DNA of 64,000 nt from Gammaproteobacteria bacterium (GCA_965222155.1 CBDCTH010000012.1:1056001-1120000), one strand, 5' to 3'; shown: positions 41,386-51,497, counted from the stretch's first letter. Program-made: numbers and translations. Notes: generated by a model not told the origin, from the letters alone.

Positions 41386-42368
41386 AACTCGCAAAGCCCT
41401 TTATCCGTCTTCCCCTGGCCTTTGACGCCGAACGCCTGGCGCAGGAAGCAGCACAACTGGAACAAGCTGCCTGGAGACCGCACCCGTTGGGATTAAAGGG
41501 TAATTCGGCAATTGCCCTCATTTCCCGGGCCGGTGGGGACAACGATGAATTCGGCGGACGCATGGCGGCCACCCCCCACCTTGATCAATGTCCTTACCAC
41601 CAGCAGGTCATGGCGAGTTTCGGTGAGGTGCTGGCGCGCTCCCGGCTCATGAAACTGGATGCTGGCTGCGAGGTGCAATACCACGTCGATTTCAATTACC
41701 ACTGGTATACCCGGGTACGCATACACATACCGATCAGTACGAACCCCGGGGTCGTATTTTATTGTGGCGCCGAAAAAATCCACATGCGTGAGGGCGAATG
41801 CTGGATCTTCGATAACTGGCGCCGGCACAACGTCGTCAACGACAGTGAGTATGAGCGCACCCACCTGGTGATAGACCTGTCCGGTTCAGCGCGTTTCTGG
41901 AAGATGGTAAGGCAGGCGCTGCAAGCCGATCCCGCTGAGGACGTAGCAGGCGCCAACATGCAGTTTAAATTCGTGCCGTATGAGCCGGACAAGCAGGTGA
42001 ACATCCTTACCGAGAATTACAATATTTCACCGGTCATGGCGCCGGGGGAAATCGATGCACTGGTAGCTGATCTGGTCCGTGAATTCGAGGATCACCCTGC
42101 TAACGACCCTGAACTGGTTGAACGGTACAAACTGTTATTAACCGACTTTGCCAGCGACTGGCGGGAAATCTGGCACCGATACGGTGTAAGCAAACAGGGA
42201 TTACCCCATTACCGGCGCCTGATAGACCGGGTAAAAAGTGAATTACACCCGAATCGGCGAGCCCTGCTCATCACGTCTAACGATATCGGCGTGAATCCCG
42301 TCATCGTACAACGTATACTGCGCGCGGCCCTGGCGGTCGATCTTTATGACGAATTCGTCGGAAAATAG
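41382..42368 (+). CDS. Aspartyl/asparaginyl beta-hydroxylase-domain Fe(II)/2OG oxygenase
   Basis: RSRLMKL, HVD, RIHIPI, GECWIFDNWRRHNVVN, RTHLVID; ATGA overlap with the sulfotransferase. Confidence 0.88.
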   Translation: MKLAKPFIRLPLAFDAERLAQEAAQLEQAAWRPHPLGLKGNSAIALISRAGGDNDEFGGRMAATPHLDQCPYHQQVMASFGEVLARSRLMKLDAGCEVQYHVDFNYHWYTRVRIHIPISTNPGVVFYCGAEKIHMREGECWIFDNWRRHNVVNDSEYERTHLVIDLSGSARFWKMVRQALQADPAEDVAGANMQFKFVPYEPDKQVNILTENYNISPVMAPGEIDALVADLVREFEDHPANDPELVERYKLLLTDFASDWREIWHRYGVSKQGLPHYRRLIDRVKSELHPNRRALLITSNDIGVNPVIVQRILRAALAVDLYDEFVGK

Positions 42369-42469
42369 GGGACAGGTTACGCCGTTTCTACTCTTCCGTC
42401 ATACCGGCGAATGCCGGTATCCAGTGAAAGTATGCAATGTTTTCTACAGCAGGTGATTGAAGAAAGCGT

Positions 42470-42803
42470 TAGCCCGGATTTCTCACCAGTTGATGCGCTG
42501 ATCGCGCCGGATTTTTTGCGCCAGCGGGTGCCGGAGCCTGCCCCGTACTTGATACGGGGACCGAAAGCATAGCCGTAGCTCTGGTTGAGGGACAAATCGT
42601 CAGGACTGACGATTTGCACGGCGACAGCCGCCCGCAGGGTTGCGCCCAGAGCCTGCCCCTGTATGGAGTTGAGCAGGGGGAGGGGCGCAATGAACGCATC
42701 AAGCGCAGTCTGTTATAGCGATATAGTGAGCAGATTATCATAACGTATTGACAGCAAACAACTATCCGATGACGATAAGCGAACTGGTGAGAAATCCGGG
42801 TTA
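42470..42803. mobile_element. MITE-like element, copy 2 (inverted relative to copy 1)
   Basis: TAGCCCGGATTTCTCACCAGTT ... AACTGGTGAGAAATCCGGGTTA; shared core GAGGGACAAATCGTCAGGACTGACGATTTGCACGGC. Confidence 0.85.
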
Positions 42804-42834
42804 TCTGTCTCCTATTTTCCAGAACGAGGAGGTA

Positions 42835-43392
42835 ATGATGAATAAAGTGAATTTTACCGCTATGGATCACGGAACCCGTGAGGACTACGACCTGGTTTTT
42901 ACCCACGATGTTGAGAATGGGTCACACCAGGCAGAGCGGGTAATCGGTTGGTTGCGCGCCATGGACGGGGATTCCCCTTACCATGTCAGCCGCCTTGAAC
43001 ACTGCCTGCAGACTGCCACACGGGCGCAGCAGGATGGCGCCCATGAAGAAACCGTCGTCTGCGCCCTGTTGCATGACATCGGCGACGTGCTCAGTCCTCA
43101 CAACCACTCGCAACTTGCTGCGGCCCTGTTGCGGCCCTATGTCGGCGAAAAAAATTACTGGGTCGTCAAGTACCACGGACTGTTTCAGGGCTATTACTGG
43201 ATGGAGCATTTCAACCAGGACAAAAATGCCCGGAACCGCTATAAGGACCATCCCTACTACCAGGACTGCGTCGATTTCTGCGCCAACTGGGATCAATGCT
43301 CATTCGATCCCGCCTACCCGTCGAAACCGCTTGAACATTTTATCCCCATGGTCGAACGGCTGTTTACCCGAAAGCCGAGTACGTTTGTTTGA
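42835..43392 (+). CDS. HD-domain protein, PhnZ/TmpB-like putative diiron oxygenase
   Basis: SRLEHCLQTATRA, ALLHDIGD, HNHSQ, VKYHG, WDQCSFDP; GAGGAGG RBS before 42835. Confidence 0.8.
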   Translation: MMNKVNFTAMDHGTREDYDLVFTHDVENGSHQAERVIGWLRAMDGDSPYHVSRLEHCLQTATRAQQDGAHEETVVCALLHDIGDVLSPHNHSQLAAALLRPYVGEKNYWVVKYHGLFQGYYWMEHFNQDKNARNRYKDHPYYQDCVDFCANWDQCSFDPAYPSKPLEHFIPMVERLFTRKPSTFV

Positions 43393-43409
43393 ATCCGGAG
43401 CCCCCCGTT

Positions 43410-43534
43410 CGTCATGCCGGGCTTGACCCGGCATCCAGTAAAAAACCGTGGCCCCCGGCTTACAACATGCCGGGGCAAGCTCCGGCGACTCTTTGCTTGG
43501 TCGCATCCAGGGACGGATTTGAAATCCGTCCCCT
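43410..43534. repeat. REP, small hairpin and GGGACGGATTTGAAATCCGTCCC palindrome
   Basis: Directly visible; same palindrome at ~59908, related ones at 52854 and ~52003. Confidence 0.8.
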
Positions 43535-43576
43535 TTACTCTTATAATTACTTAAAACAGGATTACATTTTACAGCA

Positions 43577-43932
43577 ATGAAGACCATTACCCTGAAAGCT
43601 GACGATACGTTCCTGCAAAAGGTACGGAACCCGGCAAGATCCGGCCATGCCTGATCAGTCAGAGTGATCTCCTGAATGATGCCAACCACCCGAGCACAAC
43701 GGTCATCCCGCTTACCAGCAGGCTAGTCCGTAACGCTGCCCCATTGCGATTTCGGATCAGTCCCAGAGACGATCTGCAATCATATTCCGAAGTCATGCTG
43801 GACCAGGTAAGAACCATTGACAACAGGCGGATTTCCAACAAATTACTGACGGTATTGACCAAACCGGAACTGGCAGAGGTCGAGGAATACCTCAGAATTG
43901 TACTTGGATTTGATATGTTTGAGGATATTTAA
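43577..43932 (+). pseudogene. Collapsed antitoxin-PemK/MazF toxin module
   Basis: MKTITLKADDTF (RHH-like start) joined out of frame to GTEPGKIRPCLISQSDLLN..STTVIPLTS..MLDQVRTIDNRR, which lacks its N-terminus. Confidence 0.75.
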
Positions 43933-43985
43933 GCGCGGCCACTTCAAATTTCAATGAGAAACTATTTCGATATTTGTGGCAAATT

Positions 43986-44312
43986 CTAGAGGTTAATCAG
44001 CTTTGTATTACAAAACATAATAAGAGTGAAGATTGCAATAATGATCGTCATAACAATTTGTTCTTTAGCAGATTTCCAATTGGGTTTTGGAATATCAGAA
44101 GCATTATCAAGATATTTAACTATTTCATATTCAGCTTTTCTGAATCCGATCCACGATGACCAGTTTGAATAGATAATCACGAGTGAGCTAAATCCGATAT
44201 ATGAAATAAAAATAGGGACTCCGTCAATCAATATTTGTCTTAGATTTTGGTTTAATTCATGGGCAGCCAACAGGTAAATGTTACCTCCCACAATAGTTAA
44301 GGAATACATCAC
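43986..44312 (-). CDS. AT-rich hypothetical membrane protein, probably a fragment
   Basis: Two to three hydrophobic stretches; composition differs from flanks; no recognisable motif. Confidence 0.35.
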   Translation of the reverse strand: MMYSLTIVGGNIYLLAAHELNQNLRQILIDGVPIFISYIGFSSLVIIYSNWSSWIGFRKAEYEIVKYLDNASDIPKPNWKSAKEQIVMTIIIAIFTLIMFCNTKLINL

Positions 44313-44436
44313 CTATATTTCAAATAACTCCGGGTTTCCTCCGTTTATTGCACACGTACAACGGTTTTACGCCCGACCGCGCTGGGTGGGAGGGCAGATA
44401 AGCTGGCGGTGGAACTGATATTTGAGGTTTGCGGAG

Positions 44437-44574
44437 CGTAATGCCGGGCTTGACCCTGCCTTACAACATACCAGGGCAGGCCCGGCATCCAGTAATTCAA
44501 AGTGTCGCCCCCGGCATGTTGTAAGCCGGGGGCGACGTATTATTAACTGGATTCCGGCTTTCGCCGGAATGACG
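44437..44574. repeat. Nested REP/hairpin cluster
   Basis: GCCGGGCTTGACCC[insert]GGCATCCAGT, CCCCGGCATGTTGTAAGCCGGGGG, ACTGGATTCCGGCTTTCGCCGGAATGACG. Confidence 0.82.
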
Positions 44575-44650
44575 TGCGGGGGACGGTCACCGGTAGATAC
44601 TCTCGGCGGTGAAATAACGCCGCCGGTTTTCTATGAATTGCAGAAACCTT

Positions 44651-44745
44651 TTCAGCTTTTCTGAATCCGATCCACGATGACCAGTTTGAATAGATAATCA
44701 CGAGTGAGCTAAATCCGAATCAAGATATTTAACTATTTCATATTC
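44651..44745. repeat. Circularly permuted copy of 44106-44197
   Basis: 44651-44718 equals 44130-44197, followed by 44719-44745 equal to 44106-44132. Confidence 0.9.
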
Positions 44746-44820
44746 GCTGCGCCAATATCTCGTAGTCACCGGCCCGGTACAACTCGGACAATGATTTAAT
44801 TGTTGATTGCTCGATCCTGC

Positions 44821-46818
44821 TCATTCGCCCAGGATCTCAGGTCCCAGTGCTTCTTTCAGGGGGCCCAGCCAGGGTTCAAAGTTGCGCCATTGTTCCAGCC
44901 CGGTCTTGTAGATAGGCTGCCTGACCTGTTCGGAACTGGGGGTACGGATACTACGTTCAGTCTGGTGGTAGTCCACACATGCCTGCTCGAACGGCAGGCC
45001 ACAGAAATCAAGAATCCTGCGTACCTGCTCCTCCAGGTTATTCACAACGTCCTCGTGCTGAACGCGTAGAACGAAGCCGGGCAATACCCGCTCCCAATGA
45101 TCCATGAGTTTTACGTATTGCCGGTAATAATTGCCTATTTCTTTCAGGCCGTACGAAAACTCCTGCCCCTCGCCAAACAGTTGTTTGAAGCCACTGAAAC
45201 AGCAGGCCACAGGGTGGCGACGCGCATCAATAATCCTGGCATTCGGCAGGATGAGTTTTATCAGCCCGATATGGAAAAAATTGTTTGGCATCTTGTCGGT
45301 AAAAAACGGAGCGGCGCCCCGGTAGGCGTGGGTATTCTGAATGAATTGCTCACCAAATCTCCGAAAATAATCATCATCAAGCTGCGTCAGGATCTTCGGA
45401 TATCTGGGTATCCCATCCTGAGCATTGTCCCTGCCGCGCAGCCGTTTTGCCAGGTTCAGGATATTGTGCAGTTCCATGGTACCATCAACCTGGGAATGCG
45501 ACGACAGTATCTGTTCAAGCAGCGTTGACCCCGCTCGTGGCAGCCCGACAATAAAAATGGGATCGGGCACTTCCAGGCCCACCCCTTTTTTAGCAGAAAA
45601 TAATTCCTCGGTACACACCGTTATCTGACTGTCGATCCTTACCTGTAATTGCCCGGGGCTGTGATGAGTTTTCGATTGTTTCAGGGTGTTGCCTTTATCA
45701 TAATAGTCAAACGACTGTCCATATTCCCGTCTGTCTTCATAGGCATTGCCCAAGGCAAAACACAGTTGAACGCGGTCATCCTCGCCGGTCGCCGGGTCTG
45801 CCTCCAGTGCCGTCATTTGCGCCAATTCGTCTTCGGTGAACACATAGGATTTTGTGTTCGCCAGACTCCAGTAGGCATCGCCATGATCCCGCTTGATCCC
45901 GTATGCTTTCCGGTAAAGTTCTACGGCCTTGTCGATATCGCCGTCTGTTTTGTGTACATGGGCCAGGGAAACCGGGAAAAAATGATTTTCAGGATGTTGT
46001 TCCATAAGGAGCCTGTAGCTTTTGATGGCGGCTTCATTCTTGCCAACTCCGGTACAGGCGTTGGCATAGAGTGACTGAATGATGTTCGCGTCGTCAGGAT
46101 ACTTGTCGATAAGAAATTCAGCCTGTTCAAGGGCATTACTGAACTTCTGCACTCTCAGCAGTATGTTGACATATTGGATACGCGCGTCACGGTGTTCAGG
46201 GTTGAATTCGACGCAGCTCTCCAGCAGAAATTCAGCTTCATCATAAATCTTGTTGCGGGTTGCTATCTCGGCAAGCAGCCGCATTCCTTCCGCGTGTGTT
46301 TTATCCGAACGCAGAAAGTGTTTGCACAAGCGCTCCGCATCGACCAGTTTGTCGTCTGACATATAACTGATCACTCCGAGGAGCTCAGTTGGCAGCCCGC
46401 TCAGAAACTTGACCTGCTCCTGCGCGGATGCCATGCGTTCTTTATTGCCTGTGTCCTGGTAGAGTTTGGCCAGACACTTCCAACTGTTAATGAGTGAGGG
46501 GTCAGCGCTGATCGCTTTTTCAAACGCGGCGCCGGCGCGGGAGTACTCTTTCAGGGCTATATGGTTATAGCCTACCTCCTGGTACGCCCGGCCAAAACTG
46601 GGCTTATGCTTGAGTATCTTTGACAGTGTTGACAGCGCCAGCATCCACCTGTGTTGATGGCGCTGCGCCACGGCCATGGCATATTGCGCCTCGATATTGT
46701 CCGGCTCGGTGTGCAGTAACGCTTTCATCAACTGCTCGGCCCTGTCCGGCTCATTTTTCCCCAGCAGATACTGGGCTTCCTGTATCCTGGTTTGCGCTTC
46801 AGTCATGCTCTGTGTCAT
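44821..46818 (-). CDS. TPR-repeat-containing sulfotransferase
   Basis: Multiple N-terminal TPRs; PIFIVGLPRAGSTLLEQILSSH, FTDKMPNNF, RTPSSEQVRQPIY. Confidence 0.92.
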   Translation of the reverse strand: MTQSMTEAQTRIQEAQYLLGKNEPDRAEQLMKALLHTEPDNIEAQYAMAVAQRHQHRWMLALSTLSKILKHKPSFGRAYQEVGYNHIALKEYSRAGAAFEKAISADPSLINSWKCLAKLYQDTGNKERMASAQEQVKFLSGLPTELLGVISYMSDDKLVDAERLCKHFLRSDKTHAEGMRLLAEIATRNKIYDEAEFLLESCVEFNPEHRDARIQYVNILLRVQKFSNALEQAEFLIDKYPDDANIIQSLYANACTGVGKNEAAIKSYRLLMEQHPENHFFPVSLAHVHKTDGDIDKAVELYRKAYGIKRDHGDAYWSLANTKSYVFTEDELAQMTALEADPATGEDDRVQLCFALGNAYEDRREYGQSFDYYDKGNTLKQSKTHHSPGQLQVRIDSQITVCTEELFSAKKGVGLEVPDPIFIVGLPRAGSTLLEQILSSHSQVDGTMELHNILNLAKRLRGRDNAQDGIPRYPKILTQLDDDYFRRFGEQFIQNTHAYRGAAPFFTDKMPNNFFHIGLIKLILPNARIIDARRHPVACCFSGFKQLFGEGQEFSYGLKEIGNYYRQYVKLMDHWERVLPGFVLRVQHEDVVNNLEEQVRRILDFCGLPFEQACVDYHQTERSIRTPSSEQVRQPIYKTGLEQWRNFEPWLGPLKEALGPEILGE

Positions 46819-46842
46819 TGCCGGTGACCACCTTACGGAAAT

Positions 46843-46870
46843 AAAAAGGGCGAATCGAAATTCGCCCTCT
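46843..46870 (-). terminator. Rho-independent terminator between the TBDR and the TPR-sulfotransferase
   Basis: Minus strand AGGGCGAAT-TTCG-ATTCGCCCT followed by a T run. Confidence 0.75.
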
Positions 46871-47001
46871 TATATTACTACAGCAGATTGTTCAGGTAAG
46901 TTTTGAATAACTCCATCCTGGAACTGCCAAAGCGCCAAAACCAAAAATGTGGTCGGCACATCCGTGTACCATTGGAAACCCTGGATAAACTCAGGGTTTC
47001 C

Positions 47002-49839
47002 CTAGTATTTATACGATAATCTCAGACCGATGGTACGCGGCCGTTGAACGCTGACTACAGGTGTGTAATGGCCTGCAATCTGCATGACACGCCCATCTTC
47101 GTTATTCACGTTGTCAACGAAAACCTCGGCTCCCCAGTTGTCGCTCTCCAGGCCGAAAGCAACATTGAGGGTGGTAGCGCTTGGATTGACAAAGCGCGAG
47201 CTCTTGGCCAACCGACTGCCACCCGAGCCATCCGGTATCTCAACGGTACCGTAGGTTCCGCCTTCGTCCTGGAGTTTCAGGCCGGAGTAGCTGCCGGACT
47301 GCCTGAACAGGGTATCGTCCATAAACTCTGCACTGCCGACTACGCCTGATACACTTTCACCCCTGTGGTTGACGCTGGCGAGTACATATGCATTGCCTCC
47401 TATCGCATTGAACGGAAAGTCGTAACGCGCCCTCAGGTTGCCGGAAAATGTCGGTGAGAGCGGGAGCTCACTGCCTTCGGGAACCGCTATACCCGCCAAC
47501 TGCGGGTTCAGTTTGGTGATCTCCGTGTCAAGGAGGCTGAAAGCGCCGGATATGGTCAGGGCAGTGGAAGGAGCCCACTGGAAGTCAGCATCCAGACCCT
47601 TGGTTTCCGCGTCACCGACATTCTCAATGAAGAACAGGAAGGCCACGTTTGAAGGGTCAAAACGCGATACCTGCAAGCCGCTGATATCCGTTTGGTAAAG
47701 GGATGCATTCAATCTCAGGGAACCGTTAAAAAGAATGCTTTTCATGCCGATTTCATAGCTGGTCAGATTGTCGGTCTCGGCCACCGCCGGCACCACGTAG
47801 TTTTCAAAAACCCCAGTCTGGTTGGTGGATAGCTGGCCGGCGTTACGGTTCTGGGTCGCCGGGCGATAGCCCTCGGCGTAGTTCATGAATACCAACCAAT
47901 CGTCATTGGGCTGCCAACTCAGGGAGAGTTTCATAATGACGTCACTTTCTTTGATGGAACCATCGGAATTAAAGTTGCTGATATTCAGGTGTCCGTTCTT
48001 GATGGCATCAAGCGTTGCCTGATTAGTGCCGCCGCCGCGGAACATCTCCCGCGCCCCGTTCGGACTGCGAGCGTCCAGGATGATGCTGTCGTCGCCGCTG
48101 CTGTTGTATTGCCCCAGTGTCTGCAAGCGTGCGGTAACGTCATTGCTGAACGCATGACTGTTACAGCGGCCGTCGGCGGTTCTCTCGGAATTACCGAACC
48201 CTTGCGGCGCAATGCCATAGCGGCAACCGAAGGAGAAGTTGGACGCGCCCTGTAACTGTGAGGTCAGGTCATAATAACGGGCGCTGAACGAGGTTGTCAG
48301 CGTGTCGGAGAAATCAAATGCAAATTCGCCAAATATCGCCCATTCCTCTTCGGTACGGGTAAAGTCGTTGAAGAAGACGGTAGCCGAACTGCGCGGGCCG
48401 GAAGTTGCATTTACACCGGCGGTAGGAATAGTGGTGTTCCCCAGCAGGAAGCCGTCACCTGAATTATCGTTGTAGTAACTACTGATATGCTCACTGAACG
48501 CCTCATTGGTGGACGGGTATTCAAAGTCGCCCAGATGATTGGTTTCCACGTCGTTATAGTAAGCGCCACCCAGTACTCTCAGGCGATTGGCAGGATCAGT
48601 ACTGATCCGGAACTCATGGGTCATCCGGGTATTTTCCGTATCCTCGACATACTGCTTGGTGGGGTCAAAGCAATTGTTCGGATCGAGACCGGTCGAATCG
48701 TATATATTGCCGCTACAGAGGTAGTAGGTGATATAGCCGCCACCATTGTTGTAATGGGTGTAGTCGATAACACTCTCTACGTCACGATTCAAGTAACCGC
48801 CGGTGTATATGACATCCAGGTTGCCAATACGGCCATTAAGGGTCCAGGTGGTAAGTCCGAATTCATCTTCGTTGTAATCCTCGGAAAATCTGGCGGAAGA
48901 CTCCTCCCCGCCGAGGCTGGTATCGACCAGGAACACGCCATCTACGTCCAGTTCCTGGTATGTGTGCTGAACCAGGACGTCCCAATCGTCATTGATATCA
49001 AAAGCCAGGGCGGCGCGCCCGCCGCGATAGGTTGCTTCATTCCAGTTGTTCTCTACCAGGGCATCGTTTCTAGCAGTTGCAATGGAATCGGCGCCGGTCA
49101 AAGGAGGACCGAAACCCGCAACGTTGTTGCGGTCAATCACTTCGCCACTGGGCGTAAAAGTAGCGGGTATATTATCAATCCAACCCCCCTGGTCGTCGTT
49201 GTAAAGAACTATACGCGCGGCCAGTCTTTCCGTTATCGGCACGTTCAGGAAGGCATCTACGGAATAACTGTCCGAACCGCTCTTGGTGTTCCCGTACTTG
49301 GCGTTAATGCCTCCCTGCACCTCACCCTGCACCGGCTTGTTGGTGATCAGGCGCACGTTGCCGGATTGGGAACTGGCGCCAAAAAGCGTACCCTGAGGAC
49401 CGGACAGTACCTCAATACGCTCCATATCAACCGCGTACACATCCAGGTTGCGGCCACCGAAGGAAACAGGCTGCTCATCCAGGTAAAGGGCGACACCGGG
49501 TGCGGAACCCTGCGCCGAGGATATGGTCACACTGGTCTGCTCGGTGGCGCTGCCGCGAATATAGAGTTCTTTTTTACCGGGGCCATTACCTGCGCTCACA
49601 ACGTTCGGCAGGTACTCCACGTACTTGTCAAAGGTCTCGACGCGAAGTTCTCTGAGCGTGTCGCCGCTTACTGCCTGCACAGTGATAGGCACATCTTGCG
49701 CGCTCTCAGCCCGCTTGGTCGCCGTTACGATTATCTCTTCGATCTGGGCATTGACCGGGGCGTTGATGGCTGTTGCAGTGATGGCTGACAGGATTGCGCA
49801 GCTCAGTTTATTCCGTTTGAAATCAACCTTATTGGACAT
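47002..49839 (-). CDS. TonB-dependent receptor (945 aa)
   Basis: IEEIIVTATKRAES, ERIEVLSGPQGTLFG, C-terminal RPRTIGLRLSYKY. Confidence 0.95.
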   Translation of the reverse strand: MSNKVDFKRNKLSCAILSAITATAINAPVNAQIEEIIVTATKRAESAQDVPITVQAVSGDTLRELRVETFDKYVEYLPNVVSAGNGPGKKELYIRGSATEQTSVTISSAQGSAPGVALYLDEQPVSFGGRNLDVYAVDMERIEVLSGPQGTLFGASSQSGNVRLITNKPVQGEVQGGINAKYGNTKSGSDSYSVDAFLNVPITERLAARIVLYNDDQGGWIDNIPATFTPSGEVIDRNNVAGFGPPLTGADSIATARNDALVENNWNEATYRGGRAALAFDINDDWDVLVQHTYQELDVDGVFLVDTSLGGEESSARFSEDYNEDEFGLTTWTLNGRIGNLDVIYTGGYLNRDVESVIDYTHYNNGGGYITYYLCSGNIYDSTGLDPNNCFDPTKQYVEDTENTRMTHEFRISTDPANRLRVLGGAYYNDVETNHLGDFEYPSTNEAFSEHISSYYNDNSGDGFLLGNTTIPTAGVNATSGPRSSATVFFNDFTRTEEEWAIFGEFAFDFSDTLTTSFSARYYDLTSQLQGASNFSFGCRYGIAPQGFGNSERTADGRCNSHAFSNDVTARLQTLGQYNSSGDDSIILDARSPNGAREMFRGGGTNQATLDAIKNGHLNISNFNSDGSIKESDVIMKLSLSWQPNDDWLVFMNYAEGYRPATQNRNAGQLSTNQTGVFENYVVPAVAETDNLTSYEIGMKSILFNGSLRLNASLYQTDISGLQVSRFDPSNVAFLFFIENVGDAETKGLDADFQWAPSTALTISGAFSLLDTEITKLNPQLAGIAVPEGSELPLSPTFSGNLRARYDFPFNAIGGNAYVLASVNHRGESVSGVVGSAEFMDDTLFRQSGSYSGLKLQDEGGTYGTVEIPDGSGGSRLAKSSRFVNPSATTLNVAFGLESDNWGAEVFVDNVNNEDGRVMQIAGHYTPVVSVQRPRTIGLRLSYKY

Positions 49840-50104
49840 ATTATTACCTCTGAAATTGGCTTAATTCGTCATTATAGAAGAGGGGAATTTTATTACAATC
49901 AAAAAATCGACCTTTTTTATATTATATACGACATTGTTGGAATAATGATACACAGTCATTTCAGCCTCACAAGGTTGATACCTTGTTGACGATATTATAT
50001 CTATGACATTGACATGGTTGACAGTCCGACGAGTTTAATCAGTTACCCGACCTATGGGAACAGGCTGGAAAACCGGCTGTTATCCCTGTAACCTGTTGGA
50101 TATC

Positions 50105-51415
50105 ATGGAAAACAAAATCTCCACTGCGCTGGAGCGCCTGTTCAAACTGTCGGAACATGACACGAAGATCCGCACCGAGGTGCTGGCAGGTGTTACCACC
50201 TTCGTCACCATGGCCTACATTATCTTCGTCAATCCACAGATGATGGCTGCCGCCGGTATCGATCCGGGCGCCAGTTTTGTCGCAACCTGCCTGGCCTCGG
50301 CGCTGGCCTGTATTTTCATGGGTCTGTACGCGAACTGGCCGGTCGGGCTGGCGCCGGGTATGGGCATGAACGCGTTTTTCACTTATACCGTGGTCGGCAG
50401 CATGGGCTACAGTTGGCAGGTCGGGTTGGGAGCGGTGTTTCTTTCCGGAGTGCTGTTCGTGATCATCAGCGTTACCCGTCTGCGCCGCTGGATGCTGAAC
50501 AGTATCCCCATGAACCTGCGTCTCGCCATGGGATGTGGAGTGGGTCTGTTTATCGGTTTTATCGGTTTGCAGAATGGCGGTCTCGTTGTTGCCAATCCTG
50601 CCACGATCCTGACCCTGGGAGACCTGACCCGGCTGGAGCCCATGCTGGCGGCTATCGGCTTCCTGGTGATCGCCTGTCTAGGTGTACGCGCCGTCCCCGG
50701 CGCCATCATGCTGGGTATCCTGGCAATGACGGTCGTCGGCCTGCTCACCGGCCTGGTCTCCTACCAGGGGCTGGTTTCCGCGCCGCCCGATATGACTGCA
50801 ACCTTCCTGCAACTGGACCTCGCGGGTGCACTGGATATGGCCATGATCAGCGTGGTCGCGGCTTTCCTGTTCGTCAACCTGTTCGATACCACGGGTACGC
50901 TGATGGGCGTTGCCAACCGGGCTGGCCTGGTTGACGACAAGGGTAATATCCGGGATATGGACCGGGCGCTGAAGGCTGACAGTTCCTCCAGTGTTGTCGG
51001 CGCCTGTCTTGGCTGCACGCCGGTTACCAGCTATGTGGAAAGTGTAGCGGGTATCGCCAGCGGCGGCCGCACCGGGCTTACCGCAGTGACGGTCGGCGTC
51101 CTGTTCCTGCTGGCCGTATTCTTTGCGCCCCTGGCGCGCATGGTGCCTGAATTCGCCACCTCCGGCGCCCTGGTCTTTGTGGCCATGCTGATGCTGGGCG
51201 GCATGCGCGACCTGGACTGGGAAGATGCTACCGAACTGGTCCCTGCGCTGCTGACAATCGTGGCCATCCCGTTGACCTTCTCCATTGCAGACGGCATTGC
51301 CGTGGGTTTTATAACTTACGTCAGCCTCAAACTGGCAACCGGCAAATTCAGCGAGATTTCCGCCGGCGTCTGGTTTCTGGCGCTGATCTTCCTGGCCAGG
51401 TTTGTATTTATTTAA
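50105..51415 (+). CDS. NCS2/AzgA-type nucleobase (purine) permease
   Basis: EVLAGVTTFVTMAYIIFVNP, LAPGMGMNAFF, TSYVES.AG...GGRTGLTA, PLTFSIADGI. Confidence 0.93.
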   Translation: MENKISTALERLFKLSEHDTKIRTEVLAGVTTFVTMAYIIFVNPQMMAAAGIDPGASFVATCLASALACIFMGLYANWPVGLAPGMGMNAFFTYTVVGSMGYSWQVGLGAVFLSGVLFVIISVTRLRRWMLNSIPMNLRLAMGCGVGLFIGFIGLQNGGLVVANPATILTLGDLTRLEPMLAAIGFLVIACLGVRAVPGAIMLGILAMTVVGLLTGLVSYQGLVSAPPDMTATFLQLDLAGALDMAMISVVAAFLFVNLFDTTGTLMGVANRAGLVDDKGNIRDMDRALKADSSSSVVGACLGCTPVTSYVESVAGIASGGRTGLTAVTVGVLFLLAVFFAPLARMVPEFATSGALVFVAMLMLGGMRDLDWEDATELVPALLTIVAIPLTFSIADGIAVGFITYVSLKLATGKFSEISAGVWFLALIFLARFVFI

Positions 51416-51497
51416 CCCGAAAACCCCGAGGAGCGCATTTTTCCAGCCATGCCGATCAACAGGAATCTGTAGCACCAGTCCGTCGAGCCACCACCGC

